A stretch of 64,000 bases of DNA from Nitrosopumilus sp. (GTDB lineage Archaea > Thermoproteota > Nitrososphaeria > Nitrososphaerales > Nitrosopumilaceae), in NCBI GenBank assembly GCA_965205675.1, contig OZ242186.1, positions 1,664,001 through 1,728,000 of the forward strand. The letters are read 5' to 3'. Both the position numbers and the translations under genes were made by a program. Of the stretch, positions 1-10,136 are shown piece after piece. Below the pieces are notes generated by a model that had not been told where the DNA came from, searched no databases, and saw nothing but the letters and a program-made list of their open reading frames with translations. Within the stretch, counting starts at the first letter, position 1. Each line of letters starts with the position of its first letter.

Positions 1-420
1 TCGCACCAAAGATTTTTGGTTTATGGAATGGTGACAGATGGCAATCAAAGTTTTTTTAGATCGTATGAAAAATTTAATTCAATTGCATTTATGGATTATT
101 TGGAAGCAGCTCGTAGAAAATTTGGAAAAATATTTGTTATCGTCGATAGAGCACCGCAACACAAAGCTAATGATGTAAAAAAATATCTGCGTAAAAACAA
201 AGATGTCAAACTGGCATATCTTCCGAGAGGTTCCCCGCATTTGAGTATGATTGAAGAGGTTTGGAGACAGTGCAAACATGTTAATGTTGAATCAGAATTT
301 TATGAATCTATTCATGAGATGAGGCATACAGTTATGGAATATTTTAGAACGCACAAATTTAATTTGAATATGTATTATTTTGCAAGAACAGTAAATTGAA
401 AAGACTTATGATCTGGGGTA
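1..420 (+). mobile_element. IS630-family transposase, C-terminal DDE part (ORF 16..399; element runs off the window start)
   Basis: IVDRAPQHK and YLPRGSPHLSMIEEVWR motifs; clearly similar to ORF 30492..30941. Confidence 0.8.
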
Positions 421-430
421 TATATGGTAC

Positions 431-646
431 ATGGTAACTATACACTCCGCTCTTTTTTATTTTAGACTAATTTTTGGATTTGTAGGAATTATTATCTTAG
501 GTGTAGGTTCTATATTTTTAGCCTGGCAATTATTTGAAAATCGCTTCTTTGATCTCGATTTGGTTGTGTTGGGGTTATTTATTGCCAACACATCCATACT
601 TTGTGCAATTATTTGGAAATTATTAAAAAAATCCAGAGCAAAATAA
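431..646 (+). CDS. small hypothetical membrane protein (2 TM helices)
   Basis: 71-aa ATG ORF with two hydrophobic stretches and a basic C-terminus. Confidence 0.5.
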   Translation: MVTIHSALFYFRLIFGFVGIIILGVGSIFLAWQLFENRFFDLDLVVLGLFIANTSILCAIIWKLLKKSRAK

Positions 647-868
647 ATATGACATTATGATATTATTTACATCCATCACAAAGTTAAGGATATTTTAAAA
701 AATTAACCTTTGTTTATGCGATCATCATCATTTCTAAAATCTTTATAAAATATTCAGTACTTGGGAAAGTAACTACCTGACATCTTCCAAATAGTATTGG
801 GATTTTATTCCACTAAAGAAATCAATGATGACAATCTCAAAGATGCACTTGAGAATTTCAATTGTAAT

Positions 869-1080
869 TATCCATGTGAATTGTTTTTATACATTTCCTC
901 TCTTTCTATACATCAGGGCATGGCTTTCGCTAGAGAATGGTTTCAATCAAAAGATGGCAGACATGTATCCATACGAGACTATTCTCTCAATGCTATCTTC
1001 ATCCTAGTTAGGATTGTTCGCAGTTATTAGACGAGGCCTTGTCCCTCAATAATTACAACGCGACTTGCAGTCCTAACTAT
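869..1080 (-). ncRNA. putative bridge/seek RNA in the 3' non-coding end of IS110 element 1
   Basis: Nested stems TAGTTAGGA/TCCTAACTA, TCGC/GCGA and GAGG/CCTC around an internal loop; scaffold conserved in two other copies; loop matches the insertion flank. Confidence 0.65.
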
Positions 1081-2187
1081 AATTTTGTACAAATTCTCTC
1101 CTCTCCTTTAACATCCAATAAATCACCCTCAGGATCTTTGATGCACCAGCTACTGCAGCTTTGGATGATCCTCTTTTCTTTTTAATGCGATTGTAAAATT
1201 TTGTAATGTCACTATCCTTGGCATGAATTGCATGAGTGTGTATGCATTCTGTTAGAACCCATCTCAATGTCATGCTTCCCCTTTTTGTTATTCTGCCATG
1301 GTGTATTGTATCTGCAGAGTTTCTAACTGATGGTACAACTCCTGCATATGCACACAGTTTGTGGGAATCATTGAATCTCTCAATATCTGCAATCTCTGAT
1401 GCAATGACAAGCGAAGAATAATGCCCAATTCCCGGAATCGAGTTTATCAAAATTGCATCAGGATTAACTTTTACAGCAGCATACACTTTGGAATTAATCT
1501 CTGCAATCTGTAAATTAAGGTGGCTGATTTGTTGCAAGAATCCGTCTATTCTGTAATCTCCTAGTGCCTTGAGTCTTCTGTTGTATGTTTCAGTGAATGT
1601 AACTCCTGGAATCCTGATTCCTTCCTGTAACAATATTCCATGAACTGAATTCTTGACAGATGTTCTCCATTGGATTAGTTTTTTCCTATATCTTACAAGC
1701 TGTCTTTGTTGTACAATCTTTTTGTCTGGAACATAACATGTGGCAATGTATCCTCCTCGTAAAAGATCTGCCAATATCTTGGCATCAATCTTGTCTGTTT
1801 TCTTTTTTGATGTAGCAATTGCCTTTGTCAAATATGGGTTTGAGAGTGTGACGTTTTTGTATCCCAAAGTATCTGTGAGAAATCGATACGTGTCATACCA
1901 GACTGATGAGGATTCCATTACAATATTTGCAGAAATTGGTATTTTTGCAAAATGCTTTTTTATGGATTCATGCGTGTTATCCACTTTGTCGTTTTGTAAT
2001 ACTTTGCCTGCATCATCCATTTATTACTTGAAGAAACTTCTTGTGCAGGTCAATGCCCACAAACATGCCTTTCTTTGGATTTTTTCTAATCTGTTTGTTT
2101 GTAATCTTTTTTGGAGCCGAGTATTTACGAACCTTGGAACTAGATTCATTTTTTATGCTATCTGATTTCCTTGCTTTCTTATTCACA

Positions 2188-2421
2188 TATCCATGTGAAT
2201 CCCTTTTAACTATTGTCGGTATTTTTGCCATATTAATTACAGCTTACGCTAATACACTCATACTTTCAATCACAGATGAAACCAGACACATATCCATTCG
2301 GGGTTCTCCCCCAGTACCATCTTCATCCATTTATTAGGTGAAACCGCGGTTATAGTTTCGAGGTATTATGCATCCTCAATGTGAAAACGCGGCCAAACTC
2401 CTAACTGTAATGTTTTACAAA
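2188..2421 (-). ncRNA. putative bridge/seek RNA of IS110 element 2
   Basis: Same stem scaffold (CCGCG/CGCGG, GAGG/CCTC) as 869..1080 with different loop sequences that match this element's own junctions. Confidence 0.65.
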
Positions 2422-3518
2422 TTATTGATGACATTGAATAAATTCTCTCCTCTCTTTTAGCATCCAATAAATGACACGCAATAACTTTGATGCAGCAGCA
2501 ACTGCTGCCTTTGAGGTCCCTCTCTTTTTCTTAATGCGATTATAAAATTTTGTAATGTCGCTATCTGGTGCGTATCTAACATGTGCATGAATTGCCTCCA
2601 CTAGCAACCATCTTAGCATGGTGCTTCCTCTCTTTGTAATTCTTCCGTGATGTATTGTATCTGCAGAATTTCTCACCGATGGAACAATCCCTGCATATGC
2701 ACATAACTTGTGAGAATTTGAAAATCTACTAATCTCTGCAATTTCTGAGAATATGCTCAATGCAGTGTATGGTCCAACTCCAGGTATTGATGTCAAAATA
2801 CACACATCAGGATTATCATTTACCATGCGACGTATCATGGAATCTATCTTTGCAACCTCCTTTTTGTGAAATTTTATGCTTTGTAGGTACGAATCTATTC
2901 TATAACTCTCCAATTTTCCAAGTGCACGTATGTGTTCTGAGGAAAATGGTGTTGCTTTGATATGGATTCCCTCCTGTAGTGTAATACCATGTATGGAATT
3001 CTTCATCTTTACAATGATGCGCACAATCTTGTGTCGATGTCTTACAAGCTGTCTGTATTGCACAATTGTGTGATCTGGCACAAATGATTCTGCAATGTAT
3101 CCCTCCTCGTAGCAAATTTGCAAGATGGTACGCATCAATTTTATCAGTCTTTTTGAGTGATGATGCTATTATCTTTGTGTTGTATGGATTAGATAGTATA
3201 ACATCAAGATGTAATTTGTCTGTCATGTGTCTATAAAGGCCATACCAGACAGATGATGACTCTAAAACATATTTTGCGTTCTTTGGAATTTTGGATGTAA
3301 TTTTGCTAATAGCAGAAAAATCACTGGAAATCTTTTTGTTAAATAATAATTTGCCAATCTCATCTACTGCTGCCACCTGTACAGAGTTCTTGTGAACATC
3401 CAATCCTACAAACATCAAATATTTTTTTTCAGGAAGGGTAGTGTGTTTGTTTGCATTTCTTACTTTCTTGATACGAATGCAAGTACCATCTAATTTCCTA
3501 GCTGATTTTGGCACATAT
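2188..3518 (-). mobile_element. IS110/IS1111-family element 2 (transposase 2422..3514, +1 frameshift near 3100)
   Basis: MFVGLDVHK, KTDKIDA, IPGVG and RNSA motifs; right end TATCCATGTGAAT is the same as in element 1, with the same 54-nt spacing to a GCTTWCGCTA block. Confidence 0.85.
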
Positions 3519-4768
3519 GGTTATAGTTATTGGATTTGTGTGATTAATAGAACAAATATTTCCCAACGTACAATTTGCAATAATCCATGTGTTAAACAAA
3601 ATCAAAGGATAGAAAAAATACAAAAACAGGACAGTCGGATTGACACTGCATGTCCTTGGTCTGAATTTACCAACACATGCATAACCTGTCTCTATTCCCA
3701 CCTTCTGCGATACTGGTCCTAGATTTGCCAAATGTTTTTTGATATCTCTGCGCTTTTGATATTTGTTGCAAAAACCAGATACTGGTCTGTGGGATTTGAT
3801 TTTGTAGGTTTTGGATTTGGCAAGATAACTAGATTAAATGATTCAACATGACCAGACCCTGAATGAATCCTGTACTCAGATATTGATTTACGGTTCCCCT
3901 CAACATATTGTATTATTGCCTTTTTGATTTCAGGTGTCTTTCTTGCCGGCATGATGAAATGTGTGTTGGTTTTGCTTTAGTTCATGAATTGTTCCAGTTG
4001 AGAAAAACTCTCTATCCAACAGAACTTGTTTTGTTGCAATGTTGTTTCTGGTGACATCGCCAAATAATTTACGCACGATATCTGCTTTAGAGTTGTTTTT
4101 TCTAATTGGTACACGCCAATTTGTGCCCTACATGATTTCTCTACACATTGAATTGTTCCATACCCTTCAAACGTATCAGTGCCATTTTTGGGTCTTGATT
4201 TTATCAGATATTGTGAATCTGTTTTGTCATACCTTGGGATAATGTGTTTGTCAATTGCAACAGTTACTGGATGATTCAGCATTCCCAATTTCTTTAGGTG
4301 TGTAATTGTTTGGTCAATTCCATCAGATAATGCAACAATCATTTTCTCTTGTGGTATTTTTGCAATCTGCTTTCTAATCCAAGAGCCTGATGAAATGACA
4401 CATTCAGTCCTTATCTTCAGTTTATTTGCAGTTGATTCAGAATAACAGTTACCAAGACAACATTCCATGATGAAATGATGAATGTCCTCTGAATTGTATA
4501 TGGCATTACTTTTTTGTGAGCAAGAAAACAACAATGTTGTGCACATTATTTTAGCAATATTTGCAAATACTTGAATTGTTGAATTTCTAATGTGTGCAAA
4601 ATCAAAATTATGATTCACATTTGATGGAGCAGCATGCCTCCATCAAGCTTTTTCTATCCAAATTTGTGGCGTTGTTGATCAAATGATTGTTAGTTTGTGA
4701 TCTAAATTGGATTATTTTCCCAAGTACTGGTATAGAATATGGGACAAGATAAAGGCTCAGTTGGGGTA

Positions 4769-4842
4769 TGGGCCCGAAGGGCTTCGATCCCTTGGCTCAC
4801 CGGTTATGAGCCGGTTACTCTACCAAGCTGAGTTACGGGCCC
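4769..4842 (-). tRNA. tRNA with CAU anticodon, most likely tRNA-Ile2 (elongator Met not excluded)
   Basis: Cloverleaf GGGCCCG...CGGGCCC-A, anticodon loop CTCATAA; GGGCCC acceptor typical of archaeal tRNA-Ile and lacks the initiator A1-U72 pair. Confidence 0.85.
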
Positions 4843-4883
4843 TAAAGAAAGGAATTCTTTCTCAAGTATAAAATGTTATGAGA

Positions 4884-5516
4884 TCAACAATATTCTTCGT
4901 AGCAACTATCAAGCAACAAATTTTGTGCTGACATTGATTTATCTGCAATTGCAATCAAGTTACTAGAATCAACAGAAGATTGTTCCAAGATATTTCTCCA
5001 AGACGCTGCATGTCTAATGTCAGCTTCTGTGTGAAGTTTAAAGTATTCTGTAGCTTCATTATTTGTCATTCCATAAAATTCTGCCAAACCGTCAAGTTTT
5101 GTTTGGCTAATTTTTGGGATTTCTTTTTCAAATGCATACATGGCACATGCGCCACCATCAAAAGTATTCATTAGTTGAGTTAGATCATATACAGCTTTTT
5201 GAGTTTTAGCCGTTCCAGCATATGAAGTCAATTCTTCTTCAGGTATTCCAAGCTTACAAGCAAAATTAATCCATGGTTTGATATGATCAGATTCTTCTTG
5301 TTGATTTTCAACTAGTTCACTAGTTACTGTTTCAGGAGATTTTGCAATAATTGGAATCATAAAAGAAGGAACTGCTTTTACAAGTTGAAAGTATTCTTTA
5401 GAATAACCTCCAAGAGATTCCTGAGTTAATTTTCCACCAGACCACATTTGGTAAAATGGATGTTTTAGTAAACTTTTTTCTTCAATCATTTCATCAATTT
5501 TCTGTATTATATTCAT
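4884..5516 (-). CDS. TenA/PqqC/CADD-like heme-oxygenase-fold protein
   Basis: LLKHPFYQMW, EESDH and YFKLHTEADIRH motifs. Confidence 0.8.
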   Translation of the reverse strand: MNIIQKIDEMIEEKSLLKHPFYQMWSGGKLTQESLGGYSKEYFQLVKAVPSFMIPIIAKSPETVTSELVENQQEESDHIKPWINFACKLGIPEEELTSYAGTAKTQKAVYDLTQLMNTFDGGACAMYAFEKEIPKISQTKLDGLAEFYGMTNNEATEYFKLHTEADIRHAASWRNILEQSSVDSSNLIAIADKSMSAQNLLLDSCYEEYC

Positions 5517-5595
5517 GATTCATCTCAAGTATGCCAATAAAAAAATCTTTGTGGTTTACAAAAGATTTTATGGTCATAAAAAATAATTTTCGTGG

Positions 5596-5671
5596 GTTCC
5601 AGTGGTGTAGACCGGTCAAGCATTTTGCCCTTTCAAGGCAAAGATCCCGGGTTCAAATCCCGGCTGGAGCA
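5596..5671 (+). tRNA. tRNA-Glu(UUC)
   Basis: Acceptor GTTCCAG/CTGGAGC, anticodon arm TTGCC-CTTTCAA-GGCAA, T-loop GGTTCAAATCC. Confidence 0.95.
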
Positions 5672-5701
5672 CTAAGATTTATTTACTTATGATAAAGTTT
5701 T

Positions 5702-6568
5702 TTGATCAAGCTCATCTTGGACCGTAAAAATATCGAGATTAATCCTTTACTTGAAACATATGGCAAATATATTCAACGAATCGATCAAGCTTTAGAAAAT
5801 GAACTTGGAATCTATTCTGAATCCGAGTTTATTGAACCTCTAAAATACTCCTTAGAAGGAGGAAAACGAATTAGACCAATTATTTTGAATTTAGCAGCTG
5901 AAAGTGTAGGTAAAATTGATGAAAATATACTTTCAGCTTCATGTGCTGTTGAATTTCTTCATATGGAATCAATTATTCATGATGATATTATCGATGACGA
6001 AATCATGAGAAGACAGAAAGAACCATTTCATATCAAATACGGGTACAACACAAGTGTATTAACAGGAGATTTTGTTTTAGGATTAATTCTTGCAATATCA
6101 TCCAGATTAGATAATGCTAGAATCACAAAAGATCTGGCAACTACGGCAATGCTAATGAGTGAGGGTGAAATGATTGAGGGCAGATTAGAAACAAGTGAAG
6201 ATGTAACATTTGATGATTATCTAAAAGTAATTGAATACAAGACTGCTGTAGCATTTCAAGTTGCAGCTAGAATAGGTGCAATAATTGCAAATGGGACTGA
6301 AGAACAAATTGAAGCATTAACTGAATATGGGAAAAATCTTGGAATTGCATATCAAATAAGAGATGACTTGTTAGATTGGAAAAATGAAGATAAATTATTT
6401 AATCTATTGATAAAGAAAAGTTCTGATCCTAGAGATGTCTTTAACAAGATGGAAGAATTACTAAAAGAGTATTCAGAAAAAGCAAGAACAGGTTTGAGAA
6501 AAATTCCAGACAGTGATGCAAAGATAAATCTGGATAATCTAATTAAATTTACTTTGTTTAAGGCATAA
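5702..6568 (+). CDS. polyprenyl (geranylgeranyl) diphosphate synthase
   Basis: GGKRIRP, IIHDDIIDD (FARM), KT and YQIRDD (SARM) motifs; true start may be slightly downstream. Confidence 0.9.
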   Translation: MIKLILDRKNIEINPLLETYGKYIQRIDQALENELGIYSESEFIEPLKYSLEGGKRIRPIILNLAAESVGKIDENILSASCAVEFLHMESIIHDDIIDDEIMRRQKEPFHIKYGYNTSVLTGDFVLGLILAISSRLDNARITKDLATTAMLMSEGEMIEGRLETSEDVTFDDYLKVIEYKTAVAFQVAARIGAIIANGTEEQIEALTEYGKNLGIAYQIRDDLLDWKNEDKLFNLLIKKSSDPRDVFNKMEELLKEYSEKARTGLRKIPDSDAKINLDNLIKFTLFKA

Positions 6569-8042
6569 GACCTAAACTAATTACTGGAGTTGCAAATTCT
6601 ACAAATTTGAGTAATGGTTCTGGATAAACACCAAATCCTACCAAGAAGATTGTGGAGAAAATCATTACAGCGATGATGGATTTTGGTTCTGTAACTCTCT
6701 TTTCGGTTTCTCCTTCAAAGTACATCTTTCTAGTAATCCAACCATAGTAAGCAAGAGATAGTGCACTGTTAAGAACACCTGCAATTGCCAGCCATGGTGC
6801 CCACCATAAAGCAGAGCTAGCATCTAAAGCACTTCCAAATAACATCAATTTACTCCAGAATCCGGAAAGTGGAGGTACGCCAGCTAGTGCAAAGAGAGTA
6901 ATAACTAGACCCAAAGCAGTGATTGGCATTCGTCTACCCAAACCTTTGAGTTTGTCAATGTGAGTAACTGCAAGAGTGGTAACAATGCCTGCAATTGCAA
7001 TAAATGCGGCACCTTTCATTACGGCGTGATTCATTATTTGATAGAGAGAACCTTGTAAACCTAAAGAACTGTGTGGTGCTACTGCAAGTCCAATCAAAAT
7101 GTATCCTGCATGTGCAATACTAGAATACGCCAACATTCTAGAAATGTTCTTTTGCATAATGGCTGCAACATTTCCAATTGTCATTGTCATTACAGCAATA
7201 ATACCAAGTGCCAATGTCCAATCAAGATTTAGTACAACCATACCAAGAACCACAATTCTAATTGTTGCTGCAAATCCTGCTTTCTTTGTTGCAGCAGCTA
7301 ATAATGCCGTAATTGTAGGTGGTGCTCCCTCATATGTATCAGGCAACCACTGGTGAAAAGGAACAAGTCCCATTTTAAATCCAAATCCTGCAATAAACAT
7401 TCCAACTGAAAGTAATGCAAGAGGTAACAGAGAAGGATCAAGTGTAGAGTATCCTTGAATGACTTCACCGATATTTGTAGAGCCTGTTAATCCATAAGAA
7501 AGTGAAATGCCATAAACGATTATTGCAGAAGATAGTGCACCAAACAAGAAATATTTCAGAGCTGCTTCATTAGAACTTGGATTCCTTTTCATGTAACCAA
7601 CTAAGATGTATGTTGGAATGCTCATGAGTTCCCATGCAACAAATAGCATTATCAAATCAGTAGAATATGCAACAAGAACCATACCGATAGTTGCAAGTAA
7701 AATCAGTGAATAGTAAACAGCAGGAGAATTATGCTTTCTCATATAATTGAAAGAGCCAACAGTTGTGAAAACGGCTACAATTAGCATTGCAATAGCAAAA
7801 AAGCCACCAAATGCATCATCTACAATTACATCTTCTGAGAATAGAGCAGATGAAGCAATATTATTAGCATAGAACTGATATCCAACATATCCCATAGATA
7901 CGATTAATGCTGCAAATGCAATTATAGCATAAAATGAATTAGAGCCTTGTTCTTTTCTTGCAATACTGATTATTGGAAGAAGTATTCCAACAGTACCCAA
8001 GATAGCAATTATGATTAATGGAGTAGAGGTAATTTCTAACAT
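6558..8042 (-). CDS. nuoN: complex I subunit N
   Basis: EAALKYF and FKMGLVPFHQWLPDTYEGAP; last gene of the operon. Confidence 0.95.
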   Translation of the reverse strand: MLEITSTPLIIIAILGTVGILLPIISIARKEQGSNSFYAIIAFAALIVSMGYVGYQFYANNIASSALFSEDVIVDDAFGGFFAIAMLIVAVFTTVGSFNYMRKHNSPAVYYSLILLATIGMVLVAYSTDLIMLFVAWELMSIPTYILVGYMKRNPSSNEAALKYFLFGALSSAIIVYGISLSYGLTGSTNIGEVIQGYSTLDPSLLPLALLSVGMFIAGFGFKMGLVPFHQWLPDTYEGAPPTITALLAAATKKAGFAATIRIVVLGMVVLNLDWTLALGIIAVMTMTIGNVAAIMQKNISRMLAYSSIAHAGYILIGLAVAPHSSLGLQGSLYQIMNHAVMKGAAFIAIAGIVTTLAVTHIDKLKGLGRRMPITALGLVITLFALAGVPPLSGFWSKLMLFGSALDASSALWWAPWLAIAGVLNSALSLAYYGWITRKMYFEGETEKRVTEPKSIIAVMIFSTIFLVGFGVYPEPLLKFVEFATPVISLGLMP

Positions 8043-8054
8043 TTCATCATTCTC

Positions 8055-10133
8055 CTATATCAACAATATCAGGACTATGAATAGTAACCCTGCTCCAAAT
8101 ACGAATAGATATGATTGTGAGACACCTGTCTGAGTTCCTTGAACAACTTTGGCACTCCATCCAACTGCTTTTTGAACTCCAGCATTCATTCCGTAATCGA
8201 TAGCTGTTTTTTCAAAGTATCGGAAGATTCCTCTTGCTAACCATAAAGGTGCTACTACGAAACACCAGTAGATTATTGCATTTAGATACCATCTGTTTAA
8301 GATAAGTTTGTGAAGTGAATAAAAGAAAATATTTGAATTGACAAATTTAACTGGATCAACCCATCTTCCAATGTAGAAGATATAACCTAGTCCAATACCT
8401 GTAGCAAATGCTACAAGAGATGAACCAAGTGCAACTGGATTAAGTCCTTGTAAGAATTCTGGCAAGATTGATGCTTCATCTGGAACATGTACAGTGTGTA
8501 TGCCAAAGGAGTGTTCAAGATATTCGGTGAATAAATGATGCAAGCCTTCTTCAGCAGATAATCCGATGAGTCCAATACCGATTGTAAGAACTGCGAGAAT
8601 TCCGTATGGGACCCACATTGATAGTGATGCTTCATGAATGTGGTATCCTTTCTCCTCCATCTTTTCAATGTGTTTGCTCTTCTTTCCAAAGAAGACCATT
8701 CCAATCATTCTTGTTGTATAAAATGCAGTGATTACGGCAGTCAAAACTGCAATTATGTATAATGGCAAAGCCCATTCATTTCCAGATTCATAAACTGCAG
8801 CAAATATTGCATCCTTACTCCAGAAACCTGTGGTGATAAATGGCGCACCCATCAAACCAAGACCCGCAGCCCACATGAATGCATAAGTTTTCTTCATTTG
8901 TTTTCTCAAACCACCCATATCAGTCATAAATCTAGAACCGACTATATGTAACAGAGAGCCTGCGGCCATGAATAATGATGCTTTAAACATTGCATGAGAG
9001 ATTAAATGGAAAAATCCTGCAGTGTAACCATCAACATATTGATGTGATAATCCTGCAACACCTAATGCCATCATCATATAGCCAATTTGAGAGCCAGTAG
9101 AATATGCAAGAACTTTCTTAATTTCTGGATTAACCATACCTTGTGTTGCAAGTAGTAATGCAGTAATTGCACCAACCCAAGCAACAATCTCAAAGAATTG
9201 ATCGGCCATAATTCCTGCAGCTCCTAGTGCAAATACAAGTGGGCCAATTCTTGCAACTAAGAACACACCAGCTTTAACCATTGTTGCTGCGTGAATTAAT
9301 GCAGATACAGCAGTAGGGCCCGTCATTGCTTCTAAGAGCCATTCATTTAGTGGGAACTGTGCAGATTTTCCTATGGCACCTCCAAACAGCAAAACAAATG
9401 CAGGTACTAACAACCCTTGAGCTTGCATAGCAATTGCCCAATCATGAGATCCCATTAATTCTCTAAATCCAAATGTTCCTGCAAACAAGAATATCAAAAG
9501 CATACCTGCAATCATCATTACATCACCAACTTTGGTCATGATGAATGCCTTCATTCCGGCATGTGTTGGTGCATAGTAATCTAGCATTCCAAGAACTGTA
9601 CGTCCTTCTGTACCAACATGATCTTTCTTTTTATCACGATACCAAAAGCTAATCAGAGCATATGACGCAAGTCCTACTCCTTCCCATCCAAAGAATACTT
9701 GTAACAAGTTGTCAGATAACACAATTAATTGCATAGAACCAATAAAGAACATCATCCAGAACCAAAATCTTGTAATGTCTTTGTCACCTTTCATGTAACC
9801 AGTGCTGTAAATCATAATCAAAAATGAAATCCAGCCAACTACATTTGCCATAATTATTGAAAGCGGATCAGCTAATACGCCTGCTTTGAGACCTATTGCC
9901 TCTATCCACATTACTTGATCATGAATTTCATGAGCTTCCAAAGCTATTGGAAGCATTGATGCTGCAGATAATGCACTCATTAATGCAAATCCGACTGCAA
10001 CAAATCCCGTTGCATTCTTTGATAGTTTTCCAATACCAGGCATAATTAACGCAGCAGCAAATGGCAGTATCCAAACTAACCAAGCACTTGCTGCTCCAAC
10101 TTCAAATGGTAATCCGATAGCTTCTGTTGCCAT
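8055..10133 (-). CDS. nuoL: complex I subunit L
   Basis: GKSAQFPLNEWL.EAMTGPTAVSALIHAATMVKAG. Confidence 0.95.
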   Translation of the reverse strand: MATEAIGLPFEVGAASAWLVWILPFAAALIMPGIGKLSKNATGFVAVGFALMSALSAASMLPIALEAHEIHDQVMWIEAIGLKAGVLADPLSIIMANVVGWISFLIMIYSTGYMKGDKDITRFWFWMMFFIGSMQLIVLSDNLLQVFFGWEGVGLASYALISFWYRDKKKDHVGTEGRTVLGMLDYYAPTHAGMKAFIMTKVGDVMMIAGMLLIFLFAGTFGFRELMGSHDWAIAMQAQGLLVPAFVLLFGGAIGKSAQFPLNEWLLEAMTGPTAVSALIHAATMVKAGVFLVARIGPLVFALGAAGIMADQFFEIVAWVGAITALLLATQGMVNPEIKKVLAYSTGSQIGYMMMALGVAGLSHQYVDGYTAGFFHLISHAMFKASLFMAAGSLLHIVGSRFMTDMGGLRKQMKKTYAFMWAAGLGLMGAPFITTGFWSKDAIFAAVYESGNEWALPLYIIAVLTAVITAFYTTRMIGMVFFGKKSKHIEKMEEKGYHIHEASLSMWVPYGILAVLTIGIGLIGLSAEEGLHHLFTEYLEHSFGIHTVHVPDEASILPEFLQGLNPVALGSSLVAFATGIGLGYIFYIGRWVDPVKFVNSNIFFYSLHKLILNRWYLNAIIYWCFVVAPLWLARGIFRYFEKTAIDYGMNAGVQKAVGWSAKVVQGTQTGVSQSYLFVFGAGLLFIVLILLI

Positions 10134-10136
10134 AAT

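Larger units (their letters stand above)
869..3530 (-). mobile_element. IS110/IS1111-family element 1 (transposase about 1073..2187, frameshift near 2020), with element 2 inserted in its left end
   Basis: MFVGIDLHKK, KTDKIDAKILA, IPGIG and SxSA catalytic-Ser motifs; 3-nt core (ATA on - strand) at both junctions, 869..871 and 3528..3530. Confidence 0.85.
755..4729 (-). mobile_element. ISH3/IS4-superfamily insertion sequence, frameshifted and interrupted by two nested IS110 elements
   Basis: Terminal inverted repeats CAGTACTTGGGAAA (from 755) and TTTCCCAAGTACTG (ending 4729). Transposase fragments 3977..4618, 3719..3952 and ~3528..3731 carry VAIDKH and (RW)GIETGY motifs. The C-terminal 31 codons plus stop resume at 868..773. 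Confidence 0.8.

Noticed and set aside
797-1030. ORFs 797..1030 and 825..1007 as genes
   Set aside because: They lie antisense across the IS110 non-coding end and the ISH3 transposase tail
2188-2231. Start of the element-1 transposase at 2231 (MAKIPT...)
   Set aside because: This stretch belongs to element 2's right end; homology between the two transposases begins at the GTG near 2187
5555-5569. 15-mer TTTACAAAAGATTTT upstream of both tRNA-Glu and tRNA-Asp (42821..42835, -)
   Set aside because: AT-rich, BRE/TATA-like and at different spacings; too weak to call a regulatory motif
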